Assembly: GCF_018350175.1 (NCBI RefSeq)
Contig: NC_058368.1
Location: forward strand, 79,982,001 to 80,046,000
DNA: 64,000 nucleotides
Source of the DNA: Felis catus
Lineage: Eukaryota
Direction: 5' to 3'
Shown here: positions 1 through 12,511 of the stretch, piece by piece
How the letters are laid out: the number at the start of each line of letters is the position of its first letter
Position numbering within the stretch: the first letter of the stretch is position 1
Made by a program: the position numbers and the translations under genes
The notes under the pieces: model-generated
Databases searched by the model: none
Seen by the model: only the letters and a program-made list of their open reading frames with translations
Told to the model about the DNA's origin: nothing

Positions 1-2784
1 TATAAGAAGAAGAAGCATTAAAAAATTCAGCACTGCGCCTGACCCAACATAGACGTTCAATACACATCAACCCTTTTTCTTGCTCTGACATTCCAAAGCC
101 AGGATTTTCCTCTTCTGCCGAGATCGGCTGTGAATGGGCAGACACTACAATTTAATGTCAAGATGTAGACAGACAGGTTTATATGGCGGCCCGATGTGGG
201 ATATTTATTGACTGTGTGACACACATATGGGAACTTAATGGCTGGCGAAGCCCCAAACCATCCGCCGTAATAAAAGAAAAGAGTGTCCCGCAAGAAGAGT
301 GACGCGAACTTCCTCCCAGATTTCCAGGGCCCAACACAGAACGCCTTCCAGACTGGCCAGACTCCTCCACCCTTCCAAATCAGATAAGGCACCCGTTTCA
401 GCCCAACAGAAATTCCATTTTCAAAGTTCTCTGCTTTGCGGGTGATCTGGGGCTGTCCTCGCTGATGATGCATCACACTGTGCAGGACCCGCGTGCGGAG
501 CGGGGCTCTGACTCACAGTCTACCCAGCGACCACAGGACACGGGGCTTCTTTCCCACGCTGCTGGCAAGCAGCGAGGCATCAGCAGGGTAGAGTACACGG
601 AGGAGACACCCACACAGTTCTTGTTAGGGGACAGAAATGCCACAATTCTGTTTCATGAAGACCCTGCTTCAGACCGTGGTGGGGAAAGCCCCTTGCCAGA
701 GTCACCCGATTAGGAACCATCAGGCCTTTTCAACAATACGCTTATCAACTGGCCACAAGAGGCATTTTCTCAGATGAGTGTGGGTAAGCTCTGTGTGTGT
801 CCTTATGCCTGTGAGTGACCCTGCTCCCTAGGCAAGCATGTCAGGTCCACGAGTGGACACAGAATATGTCTGCACCGCACTTCACCGGGAAGCGGTCCCT
901 TTTTTCGCAGCCCCGGGCCACCTCTGGGCCGCGGGGCCGCTCCTTTCTGAGAACCGGGGCACCTGTTTTCTCTGCGCCCCCTGCGATTCGGCTGCTTGCT
1001 CCCCACTCGGCTATCCGCCTCGTCTGCACACCTCTCACCCCTGGTTTGGTGGGGAGCTCCCTGTCTTGAACGCTGCGGGGTCGTGGAAGAGAATGCGTGT
1101 TTCACATCAACAGGGGCTCCCGGGGCCAAAACATCTGAAAGACTTCTTCTGTAAGCTCTGTGTTGGCAAAACACAAACGGCCAGTTCCCAAGCAGACGGC
1201 AGTAACTCTTCGGAATGTGCTGCCTTTCCTAATATCTCACGGAGTTGCGAAAAGCAGGTTCTCAAGCAAAAGAAGAGCTCAACTTTTGTCTGTTTCTGAG
1301 TAAGCAAGCATTCAAAACGCTAATCAGGTTAAGCAGCCACCGTTCCCACAGGGCGGAGGCCTCCGGAGGAACACCAAGCCACCGGCACAAACCCGAAGTA
1401 ATTACCTAAGAGAAAGCACCTGAAGGTACGCGTGCCAGCCAGGGGAGTGGGGAGACAAACATCTCCGAGGGCCCCTGACGTCCTGCGAAAGCCTCGTGAA
1501 CGCAGAGCAAGACGCCCAGGGTTAGCCTGATGACTGAGATTAGAACATGCCCAAAGACCCCCTACACTGACACTCACTTATGGCAACTGGAGAACAGAAG
1601 ACATTCTGCCCAGGAATGACATCTCCCTCGAACACGGGACTTAGCCAGAAAAGGTTTGGCAACTGAGACGGGAGACATTCCAGGGTCCGCCGGTGGATTC
1701 TAAGTAGTCAGCATGTGAAAGTTTTCCTCGAGGAGACGTGGAAAAGACATGTGTCAGAAACAACGATTTCCACATTTCCAAGGCGGCTGACACTCTGTCC
1801 CACTTAGGTAACTTTAACTGTCTCAGAGTTATGTGGCTCCTACTATCCTATTTTTAAAAAACAGGTCAAAATTCATCTGACTTGCAGGCATTTGAGAATA
1901 GCAAAATAACTCAGAGGAGAAGCCAAGCCATCCGGCAGGAGCTCCAAAGCAGGCCGGTGATCCGAACTGCTAGATCTAGGGGCTGTGATTCGACACCCTC
2001 GGCTCATTTTGCATTTAAACCCCGTTAGCATGCCCAGGCCTCACTCCGAGAATGGGCGGGGGGCGATGGCGGTGGAGAAGGGCCAATTCCTGTCACTGAC
2101 GTGCCAGCTGAGAATAAAATCCTCTGTTGTCTGACCTCGGGATGGGAGGGGGAGGGGAGGGGAGGGGGAGGGCATGACAGGGGGAACCACGTCTGAAATC
2201 CCGGCTCAACCACACTTCAGGTATTCCAGGTCATTAACACTGACCGACATCAGTTTCAAGACAATGAGTGGAGGTTAAAATGTCCTCTTTCCATGGGGGG
2301 CGGGGGGGAAGGACCTCTTCCTTGGTCGTGTTATGTGAAACGTAGGGCCTGAAATACTTGTGCTCAAGACACATCTTCAATTTTTGTTGAAAAGACATAA
2401 TACTAAACCATTTAGCTAGATTTCAAGGGGCCTTCTGAATCCATGGGAAAATTACAGTCTTCTAAAAGATTAATTCAGAATGGTTTAACCTACAGCTTAC
2501 AAGTATTTCATTTTAAATAGTCTTGTTTTAGGAATAAGATAAAAAATCCCAAGTGGGCAGAGACAGGGTGCTGAGGGGGCAGGGCCGGCCAGGAAAGGTC
2601 ACGGAGGCCCTGGATCCCAGATGTCTGGTCCACTGGCTGGGAATCTTCTTGATGGTCAGCAAGGGGGGAGAGCAGAATTCTACTCTTCCCACCCCCAAGG
2701 GGGCGCTCTGCGGTTTTCTGATTTCAAGGCTCAGGTTGGTCTCAGTGGGAGGCTCGCCTGAGACCACAAGAAAGGGGCACAATC

Positions 2785-3000
2785 GGGGCGCCTGGGTGGC
2801 ACAGTCGGTTAAGCGTCCGACTTCAGCCAGGTCACGATCTCGCGGTCCGTGAGTTCGAGCCCCGCGTCGGGCTCTGGGCTGATGGCTCAGAGCCTGGAGC
2901 CTGTTTCCGATTCTGTGTCTCCCTCTCTCTCTGCCCCTCCCCCGTTCATGCTCTGTCTCTCTCTGTCCCAAAAATAAATAAACGTTGAAAAAAAAAATTA
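2785..3000 (+). mobile_element. Can-SINE (young feline SINEC_Fc type), full length
   Basis: GGGGCGCCTGGGTGG head, A/B boxes, (CT)n, AATAAA/A tail; perfect 17-bp TSD AAGAAAGGGGCACAATC at 2768-2784 and 3001-3017. Confidence 0.97.
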
Positions 3001-3989
3001 AAGAAAGGGGCACAATCTAATGGCACATCTTCGCCCTCGATGCCTCCTCCCTTTGACCGTCCAGTGCCCAAGTGGGAAGCAGGCATGTTTCCTTGTGGAG
3101 ATAAACACAGACCTGGCCTCACCTGAGTGTACCAGCCACCTCAAGGGTTCCCTCAATGCTCAAGGGTTTCCTCGATGCTCACTTTTGAAAAGAAATGTCT
3201 AAAGACCCTTTCCTTGCGGGGCTGGGTGCTAGATGCTGGCCGTGACTCAGAGGTGACCCCCGCCTTCTCTAAAGATATTTAACCAAATCCGAACTCAAGT
3301 GAACCAAGTCCCTGAGTAGCTGTTCTCAAGTCACGGAAAACTCAGCCAAAAATACCTGGAAAGCTATATCTAGATTATTCTGCCTGGTTACATGTTATTA
3401 ATGGGTGGATTTGGGGTAAAAATGAAAATGAGTCAGGCTGGAAAGCATATGCATGGAATAGGAAGTCTGAAAAAGCAGAGCCGTGGTGGGGGAGGTGGGG
3501 GGGCCACCACTGGAGTCTGCAGCTGCTGGACGAGAGGGGAGATTGGGAAAGTCGGGGGAATGGACTCCGCTCTCTTTGAGAGTGAGACTCGTTACCGCCA
3601 CCTCCCCTCCAGCTCCTGATGCTTTAAGTTACAAGAAAAACACTGTGATGTTGATACAGGCCTTCAGTTCCTATTTGTTGACATAGGAAAGTTCTACTTT
3701 TTATAGTTTTAAGAATGTCTTTGTTAGCTCAGTGTGCTTATGTGTAAAACTCAAGTTAGATCAAAAGAAAAAAGAAAGAGACAGAGAGAGAGAGAGAGAG
3801 ATTCCGTGTGGTATGAACATACTTTCCCCCACTATAAAATAACTCTTGCAAATGCACACTGGAACTAGCTAGAAAAACTTCCCAAATAAGAAAATGAACA
3901 GACCATGAAGGTGGATTATAGTTGATACGGTTGATAATGAAAGCTATCAATATATTTTCACATACTGCATTTGTTCAAAAAACTATCCA

Positions 3990-4207
3990 GGGGCACCTGG
4001 GTGGCTCAGTCGGTTGAGCGTCCGACTTCGGCTCAGGGCATGATCTCGCATTTCATGAGTTCAAGCCCCAGGCTGGGCTCTGTGCTGACAGCTCAGAGCC
4101 TGGAGCCTGCTTCGGATTCCATTTCTCCCCCTCTCTCTGCCCCTTCCCCTGCTTGTGCTCTCTGTCTCTCAACAAATGAATAAATGTTAAAAAAAAAATT
4201 TTTTTTT
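3990..4207 (+). mobile_element. Can-SINE
   Basis: Typical head, body and tail; flanked by AAACTATCCA copies. Confidence 0.95.
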
Positions 4208-4220
4208 TAAACTATCCATT

Positions 4221-4400
4221 GGGGCTCCTGGGTGGCTCAGTTGGTTAAGAAGGTAAGCGTCCAACTTCGGCTCAGATCGTGATCTCACAGTTTGTGAGTT
4301 CGAGCCCTGCATCGGGCTCTGTGCTGACAGCTCAGAGCCTGGAGCCTGCTTCGGATTCTGTGTCTCCCTCTCTCTCTGCCCCTTGCCAGCTCACACTCTG

Positions 4401-4446
<46 letters not shown>

Positions 4447-4472
4447 AAAAATAAACATTAAAAAAAAAAAAA
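4221..4472 (+). mobile_element. Can-SINE directly downstream of the previous one
   Basis: Typical body with expanded (CT)n and poly-A; small insertion in head (GTTAAGAAGGTAAGCG). Confidence 0.95.
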
Positions 4473-5434
4473 CACACACACAACTATTTATTAATACTGG
4501 TATCACCAACTATGAGTGTATTTAAAAACTAATAATAATGTTGGTACTTCAGCAAGTAGCTAAAAAGAAACCAAACCATTTTCTGTACAGTAAAATTCTC
4601 TGAATTTCAAGAGTGTGAGCCTGTGACCTGATAAGCCTGCAGCAGGCCATGAAGTAGAGAATGGACATCCAGCCCTGGCTGACACCCTCAGCGCCCAAGG
4701 AGCAGACAGTTGTCCATGGGCCTCCCTTGCTCCATACACCCCAGCCTGCCTCGGGCCCCCACTCGTCACAGGCCAACTGGCTTACTGGCCATGTCTTTTC
4801 ATGGCCACACCTGATGTACAGAACCACGCAGTTTCAGGGTGCTGCACTGTCCCCGGGGAAACCCAGGCAGACACCCTCTCTCCAAACAACTGAAACGCAC
4901 AGATTGATTGCCCTCCAGAGAAAAGGATTTACCCAGGTCTGTGACTCTTAAATGACAGGCAGGAACACTTGCTTAGAAAAATATAATTCAATTTACATTT
5001 GGGGAACAATAAATATTTACTGTTTTTGTAAATAATTCTGGGCCAGTGTGGGGTTAAAAATACTGATCTGAAGCCCTTAGGTGCAATAGAAACTTTTTCT
5101 GTTTTGAGAAACGTGCTAAGTTTCGTTCTTACACATGGGTTCCAAAGAATGCTACTGACTTGACAGGTTTTCTGCCAATACACGTGTCCCTTCTTGAGTC
5201 AAAAAAGGAAAGAAACCGAATCCGTTTTTCTGCATTAACTGCCACTAATTATCACAGTCTTTGGGGAGCTACTGCTGAGATCCCCTAGACATAATGTTAA
5301 GCCTGGTTTTGCTTCATTTGAATCACTCTGGGGAAATTATCAAAATAGTAAGTAATAAGGCTTTAAGATGAACTGCTGATGAATTGGTTAGGTTTAATGC
5401 AGTTTTTCATGATTTCCATATCGATGGCAATTCA

Positions 5435-5614
<180 letters not shown>

Positions 5615-6667
5615 TCACCTATTTATGGGAAACGTTCTACCCCGTTATGAGGAGTACGACCTCAAAATGTGAGATCTGGACTTGCTCTCATGGGGTTATC
5701 ATGTACGTAGCCTCTGGCTCCTCTCTCTTGCCCTCATAGATGAAATAGTAATCCTGGAGTAGAGCAAATCAAAGCATTACTTGCTCCACAAACTGAAGGC
5801 TTCTATTTATACTTTTTGGAATCGCCTCTCCAGGGATGATTTTAACAGGGCATCACCCATATTTGCAAGGCTATGATACTGATTAAGGAGTTTCAGACCA
5901 GAGACCAGGGAAACTGAGGCCCCAGGAAAGCAGAGTCCATGCTTTGTCCTCCAAATTCCCAAGGACACACAAGTATGCAAAAAATGTTTGTGCAAAGAGG
6001 AAATAAATGAAGGAGCTTATTTTAAGCCCAACCTTAGAGAACTGATTTTCAATTCAGTTAAAGCTTGAATGAAAAGAACCCAAGCATGTAATAAAAGCTG
6101 GAGAAGAGGAACATTCTCCAGAATAGATCACATATTAGGCCACAAACCAAGTCTCAACAAGTTCAAAAAGATTGAAATCATACCATGTATCTTTTCTGGC
6201 CACAATGCAATGCAACTAGAAATCAACCACAAGAAAAAATCTGGGAAGACCACAAATACGTGGAGGTTAAATTACACGCCACTAAACAATGAATAGGTCA
6301 ATCAAGAAATCAAAGAAGAAATAAAAAAGTACATGGAAACAAATAAAAATGAAAGCATGATGGTCCAAAACCTTCGGAATACAGCAAAAGTGGTTCTAAG
6401 AGGAAAGTTTACAGCAACACAGGCCTACACCAAAAAGCAAGAAAAATCTCAAATAAACAACCTAATGTTACATGTAAAGGAGCTAGAAAAAGAAGAACAA
6501 ACAAAACCCCAACCCAGCAAAAGGAAGGAAATAATAAAGATTAGAGCAGAAATAAATAGAAACTAAAAAAACAAGAGAACAGATTAATGAAACCTGGAGC
6601 TGCTTCTTTGAAAAGATCAACAAAATTGATAAACCTCTAGCCAGATCCATCAAGAAAAGGAGAGAAA

Positions 6668-6890
6668 GGGGCGCCCAGGTGGCTCAGTCGGTTGAGCGTC
6701 CGACTTCGGCTCAGGTCATGATCTAGTGGTTCGTGGGTTCAAGCCCCGCGTCAGGCTCTGTGCTGATGGCTCAGAGCCTGGAGCCTGTTTCGGATTCTGT
6801 GTCTCCCTCTCTCCCTGACCCTCCCCCGTTCATGCTGTCTCTCTCTGTCTCAAAAATAAATAAACGTTAAAAAAAAAATTAAAAAAAAAA
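6668..6890 (+). mobile_element. Can-SINE nested in L1
   Basis: Full SINE; TSD AAGAAAAGGAGAGAAA at 6652-6667 and 6891-6906. Confidence 0.96.
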
Positions 6891-8155
6891 AAGAAAAGGA
6901 GAGAAAATCTAAATAAAGTAATTAATGAAAGGGGAGAATAACAACCAATACCACAGAAATACAAACAATTGTAATAAAATATTATGATATAATATTAATT
7001 CTATTAAATCATTATATTAGGACATAATATTAATATATTATTCCAATATAACAGAATAGAATAATATGCCAACAAATTGGACAACTTAGAAGAAATGGAT
7101 AAATTCCTAGATGTATATATAATCTACCAAAACTGAAGCAGGAAGAAATAGAAAATTTGAACAGACCAATTGCCAGAAATGAAAATGAATCAGTAATCAA
7201 AAAAAACCCAACAAATGAAAGTCTGGGACCAGCTGGTTTCACATACGAATTCTACCAACATTTGAAGAAGAGTTAATACCTAGTCTCAAACTACTCCAAA
7301 AATTAGAAGAGGAAGGAAAACTTCCAAATTTATTCTTGAGACCAGTATCATTCTGATACCAAAACCAGATAAAGACACCTCAAAAGAAAAGGGGGAGGGA
7401 ACTACAGACCAATATCCCTAATGAACATAGATGCAAAATTCCTCGACAAAATATTAGCAAATTGAATCCAACAATACCTTTAAAAAAAATCACTCACCAT
7501 GATCAAGTGGGATTTATTCCCAGGATGCAAGGGTTGTTCAATACTCACAAATCAATCAACATGATATATCATACCAACAAGAGAAAGGATGAAAACCATA
7601 TGTTCATTTCAACAGATGCAGGAAAAGCATTTGACAAAGTACAGCATCCATTCATGATACAAAACCCTCTGATACCTCAGTATAATGAAGGCTAACAATG
7701 AAGCAGCAGAAAAAGAAATTAATAAAATAATCCCATTTATAATTGTACCAAAAAAATAAAATAAAATACCTATGAATAAACTTAACCAAAAAGGTGAAAG
7801 AAAGACCTGTGCCCTGAAATGAATCACGGATGAAAGAAATTAAAAACAACACAAAGAAATGGAAAGACAGTCCATGCTCATGGATTGGAAGAACAAATAT
7901 TGTTAAAATGTCAATACTACATAAAGCAGTCTACACATTTAATGCAATCCCTATCAAAATACCAACAGCAGTTTTCACAGAACTAGAACAAACAATCCTA
8001 AAATTTGTATGGAACCACAAAAGGCCCCAAATAACCTAAGCGATCTTGAAAAAGAAAAACAAAAGCAGAGGTATCACAATTCCAGACTTCAAGTTACATT
8101 ACAAAGTGGTAATAATCAAAACAGTATGGTACTGGCATAGAAACAGACATAGAAA

Positions 8156-8212
8156 GAATAGAATAGAATAGAATAGAATAGAATAGAATAGAATAGAATA
8201 GAATAGAATAGA
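8156..8212. repeat. (GAATA)n pentanucleotide microsatellite inside L1
   Basis: About 11 perfect GAATA units. Confidence 0.97.
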
Positions 8213-9584
8213 AAGCCTAGAAATAAACCCACAATTCTATGGTCAATTAATCTTTCACAAAGGAGGAATGAATATACAATGGGGAAAAGACCTTCTCTTC
8301 AACAAATGGTGTTGGGAAAAATGGATAGCCACATGCAAAAGGATGAAACTTTTTTTTCACCATACACAAAAATAAACTCAAAATGGATTAAAAACCTAAG
8401 TGTGAAACCTGAAACCATAGAAATCCTTGAAGAGACAACAGGCAGTAACCTCTTTGACAACAGCCATAGGAACATCTTTCTGAATATGTCTCCTGGGGCA
8501 AGGGAAATAACACCAACAATAAACTATTGGGACTACATCAAAATAAAGTTTCTGCACAGCAAAGGAAACAGTCAACAAAACTAAAAAGCAACCAACTGAA
8601 TGGGAAAAGATATTTATAAACAACATATCCAATAAAGGGTTAGTATGCAAAATATATAAAGAACTGATATAATTCAACACCCCAAAGAAACAAACAACCC
8701 AATTAAAACTTGGGCAGAAAACATGAACCAACATTTCCCCAAAGAAGACATCCAGATGGCCAACAGACACATGAAAAGATGCTCAACAACATTCATCGTC
8801 AGGGAAATATAAACCAAAAAACTACAGTGAGATATCACCTCACACCTGTCAGAACACCTAAAATCAAAGCACAAGAAACAGCAAGTGCTGGCAAGGTTGT
8901 GGAAAAAAAGGACCCCTCGTGCGCCTTCGTGGAAATGCAAACTGGTGCAGCCACTGTGGAAATCAGTATTGAGTTTCCCCAAAAAGTTAAAAACAGAACT
9001 ACCCCACAATCCAGCAATCGCACTTCTGGGTATTTACCCAAAAAATATAAGAACGCTGATTCAAAGGGATACATGCACCCCTATGTGTATTGCAGCATTA
9101 TTTACAACAGCCAAGATATGGAAGCAGCCCAAGTGTCCATCGATACATGAAGGATAGAGAAGAGGTGATGTATACATATGGTGGAATATCATTCAGCCAT
9201 AAAAAGAATGAAATCTTACCATTTGTAAAGATGCGGATGGAACCAGAGAGTATAATGCCGAGTGAAATAAGTCAGAGAAAGACAAATACCATATGATCTC
9301 ATTTGTAAGTGGAATTTAAGAAACAAAACAAACGAGCAAAGGAAAAAAAGAAAGAGAGACAAAGGAAGAAAGAGACTCTTAACTACAGAGAACAAACTGA
9401 TGGTTCCCAGAGGGGAGGCAGGTGGGGGAATGGGGATTAAGGAATACACCTGTTCTGATGAAAAACTAAACTAAACTAAACTAAAATAAAATAGCATCCT
9501 ATAAGAAAAGAAAGCTGGAAAGGAAGGGAACTAACGTGTTCAAAAGCTACAATTTGCCATCGTCTTATTTAATCAGCCGACGGT

Positions 9585-9685
9585 TATTTTGAGGTAAGTG
9601 CTACCATCCCCACTTTTCAGATGCAAGAACTGACTTTGGAGCTTGAATATAACATGCTAGGACAAGGTTGAAATTAGAACCCACC
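9585..9685 (-). mobile_element. Degenerate MIR fragment
   Basis: ATCCCCACTTTTCAGATGCAAGAACTGA resembles the reverse MIR core. Confidence 0.5.
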
Positions 9686-11014
9686 ACCAACTTTCATTAC
9701 ATAAAACTGCCAGCACATTAAGAGATAAAAGTATGAAGGTGCTTACGCACATTCGCAAGTTCCTTAGACAAACCCAAATTTTAACCCAAGACAGACACAG
9801 GTATTGGAGACAGAATGGAAGGGGGTGTGACAAGAAAAACTTTAGTTAATACGCTTTGTTAGAGGCTGTGTATTAAGTCTGAGATACAATGTGTGCTTCA
9901 ATTCTGCTTCAAGAGATCATTTCTCAAAAAGAAAACAATACTATTAATAGAACTGTGATCACGTGAAGTCTGTTTCTTTAACGATATCCTCAAGCCTTAG
10001 ACCTGTTGCCGTGGAGATCTTCTGCATAAAACAACTACATCTGGGGATATTTATTTCATAAAGTGAAACCTGAACAAGTGCCTCCAAGACAGTGAGCTGT
10101 TATTAATTTTATATTTTGGAAATGGGGACAATTGACCACAGTCCAAACAGACTCCGTAGATGATAGTCTTTCTCTTTCCCTGACTCACACGTGTGGCAGT
10201 CATCAGCGTGCAATCTCATAACCTCCTAACATCCTACATCAAGCCATGTGCACAGTTTTGCTTCACAATCTGGGTTTTGGTGACCACTCAGAGTTTTCCA
10301 AAGACAGGAAGCCAAAATCTTAAGCCTGTGCTCCAGAAGGTTCATCCAAAATGCCCAAATCCAAGTACTCAGAGACCCAAGAGATGTTCCTAACAACATC
10401 ACCGTCTCCTGCCTCCTTCCCACATGACGGGTGGCTGCACCCCACCCGGGCTCCCACAGTGGGGTGATAGGCCTCTACCGAGACACCTGTCCCATGCCCC
10501 TCACAACCCTCTCCTCGTCTGCCTCCCCAGGACCTGAGAACATTTGGGGGGCAGGCCCAGAATCACACCAAGCTTGACACAGACTGTATCTCATCTGAGA
10601 CTACATGGGTTGTAAGACTCACGCCAAGAGATAAAGAATAGCACGGATTACACAATGACACATCATCCATCGTGAAGATATACTGGAGCTTCAGACTTAA
10701 TGCATTAATAAATGGGCATCTTGGAACTGAGGAAATAGAGCAGTGCCTACCCAGTTACTGTGGGCTTGCTGCTGGTGGTGGCCATTTAACCAACCTTAAA
10801 TAACAGGTGCAGAGAGCAATCCAATGACACGGGTATATCAGCTCCCAACATATAACTGCCTAACTAACAGCACTGTGGGTAAATACTCCAAAGAGGAAAC
10901 TGGGTGAGGAGAGTGGGACCGGCCAGGGAGGAGGGGGCTCCCGGGGGTGCTGGGTGAGCCCCCAGACCAGGACAGGGTGCCTGTCCAGGACAGTCGCTAG
11001 GGCTCTGGATCAGC

Positions 11015-11100
11015 CTACCCGCCCCCCCCCGCCCCGCCCCCCACCACCGGCTCCCAGCCCAGCCCTATAAACTCCTGCTCCTGAACCAGGTTCAGGAACA
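11015..11100 (+). promoter_or_regulatory. Candidate GC-box + TATA core promoter
   Basis: CCCGCCCC/CCCCGCCCC boxes at 11018-11042, TATAAA at 11066-11071; motif evidence only. Confidence 0.3.
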
Positions 11101-12046
11101 CGCCTCTGCTCTTTAAACTCTGCTAACCCCCATCCCACTCCTACAGATGCCAGAAGGGAAAATCACCCAGGCTACTCATTTATCTGGTAGGAAAGAGAGG
11201 TCCACCTACCACCCAGGCTTCGTTGGCCAAAACCCAACAACAGCCTGAGCGGGAAGGCGGGCTTTTCTACTCCCAGCTCAGTACGGTTTCTTCTAAACTC
11301 CAGATTAGGCAAAGGATCATGTGGCTGAGGCAAAAATGGCTATTTGGTCTTTCTGGGTTTTCTCTTCTGAAATGTTGATAAAATCTCAGAAGCTTATCTC
11401 CGTTCAGTCTGAGGAAGTTATAAACATGAATTTCCTGGAACTGTTCCCTTCAGCTCTCAGCAAATGCTTTAATTGCAAGGGACACCAGATAAGAGGTTAC
11501 AGGGCCACGACTGTGGACGCTGGGGTCAACGTGCTTCTGGTGCCTTTGCTACAGAAACACAGACAGCGTGCATGGGTAAACAAATGGCCAGTTTTATCCC
11601 GGGCAAGGCTGCGGGTCATGACAAACTCTCAGGGCAATCTGAGACAAGAAATACAGGACTAGAGCCTTTATCACGGGCTCTATTATAGGAATAAAAGATC
11701 CCCACCCTGCCCCCACCACCTCATACTGTATATCAAGCAAAATTAAAAAAAAAAAAAAATCCTAGACAAAAGACATTCATGGCTCCTTTCTGCTTTATTC
11801 TTGTAGGAAATTTTTATTACCAGTGCTGGCCCTACAAGGCAATTCCAAAGGACTAATAATTCTAATAATACCTAGATTACGGTCAGCCTTTCAGAACAAA
11901 AGGCATTTTTAGACCATGATTTTTGTTTCACTTTCTGGGTGGCCTAGCATTTTACGTAAATGGCCCTATTAAAAAAAAAAAACTAATTTTTAGACTAAAA
12001 AAATGAAAAAATGCATGTTTACTTTGCTAAATAAAATCTATTTTGC

Positions 12047-12156
12047 TTTTTAAAAAGTTTTTATTTATTTAAGTAATCTCCACACCCAGCGTGGGGCTCG
12101 AACTCACGACCCCAAGATCAAGAGTCTCAGGGTCCTCTAAGCCGGCCAGATGCCCC
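12047..12156 (-). mobile_element. Short tRNA-derived carnivore SINE (no CT linker)
   Basis: TTTATTTAAGTAATCTCCACACCCAGCGTGGGGCTCGAACTCACGACC...GCCCC; TSD TAAAATCT(A/G)TTTTG. Confidence 0.88.
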
Positions 12157-12310
12157 TAAAATCTGTTTTGAAATATCACCATTCTGGTTCTTAACATTGT
12201 CAGCACATAATGGCCCATGCTGGATATCACCCTGGCACACGAGGTATTTTAGTTGTGATTTAAGGGTATGCTGCTAAAAAGAATACCAATGATGCTCTAA
12301 GGATCCCTTT

Positions 12311-12511
12311 AAAAAAAAAAGTTTATTTATTATTGAGAGACAGAGAGAGAGCACGAGCAGGGGAGGGGCAGAAGGAGAGGGAGACACAGAATCTGAAGCA
12401 GGTTCCAGGCTCTGAGCTGTCAGCACAAAGACCGATGCGAACCCAGGAACAGCCAGATCATGACCTGAGCCGAAGTCGGATGCTTAACCAACAGAGCCAC
12501 CCAGGCACCCC
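12311..12511 (-). mobile_element. Can-SINE
   Basis: Reverse body; TSD CTCTAAGGATCCCTTT. Confidence 0.95.

Larger units (their letters stand above)
6108..9510 (+). mobile_element. LINE-1 (carnivore L1), 5'-truncated, disrupted ORF2 plus 3' UTR
   Basis: ORF2 fragments: GTFSRIDHILGHK (end of endonuclease), [58 protein letters not shown]; many stops and frameshifts; A-rich tail; probable TSD AAAGCTGGA at 6094 and 9511. Confidence 0.97.

Noticed and set aside
2690..2708. CTCF-like motifs (also ~17215 and ~23000)
   Set aside because: Partial matches only; not supportable without a PWM score or ChIP data.
6069..9296. L1 ORF2 fragments as a functional CDS
   Set aside because: 5'-truncated, many stops and frameshifts, SINE insertion, RT core deleted.
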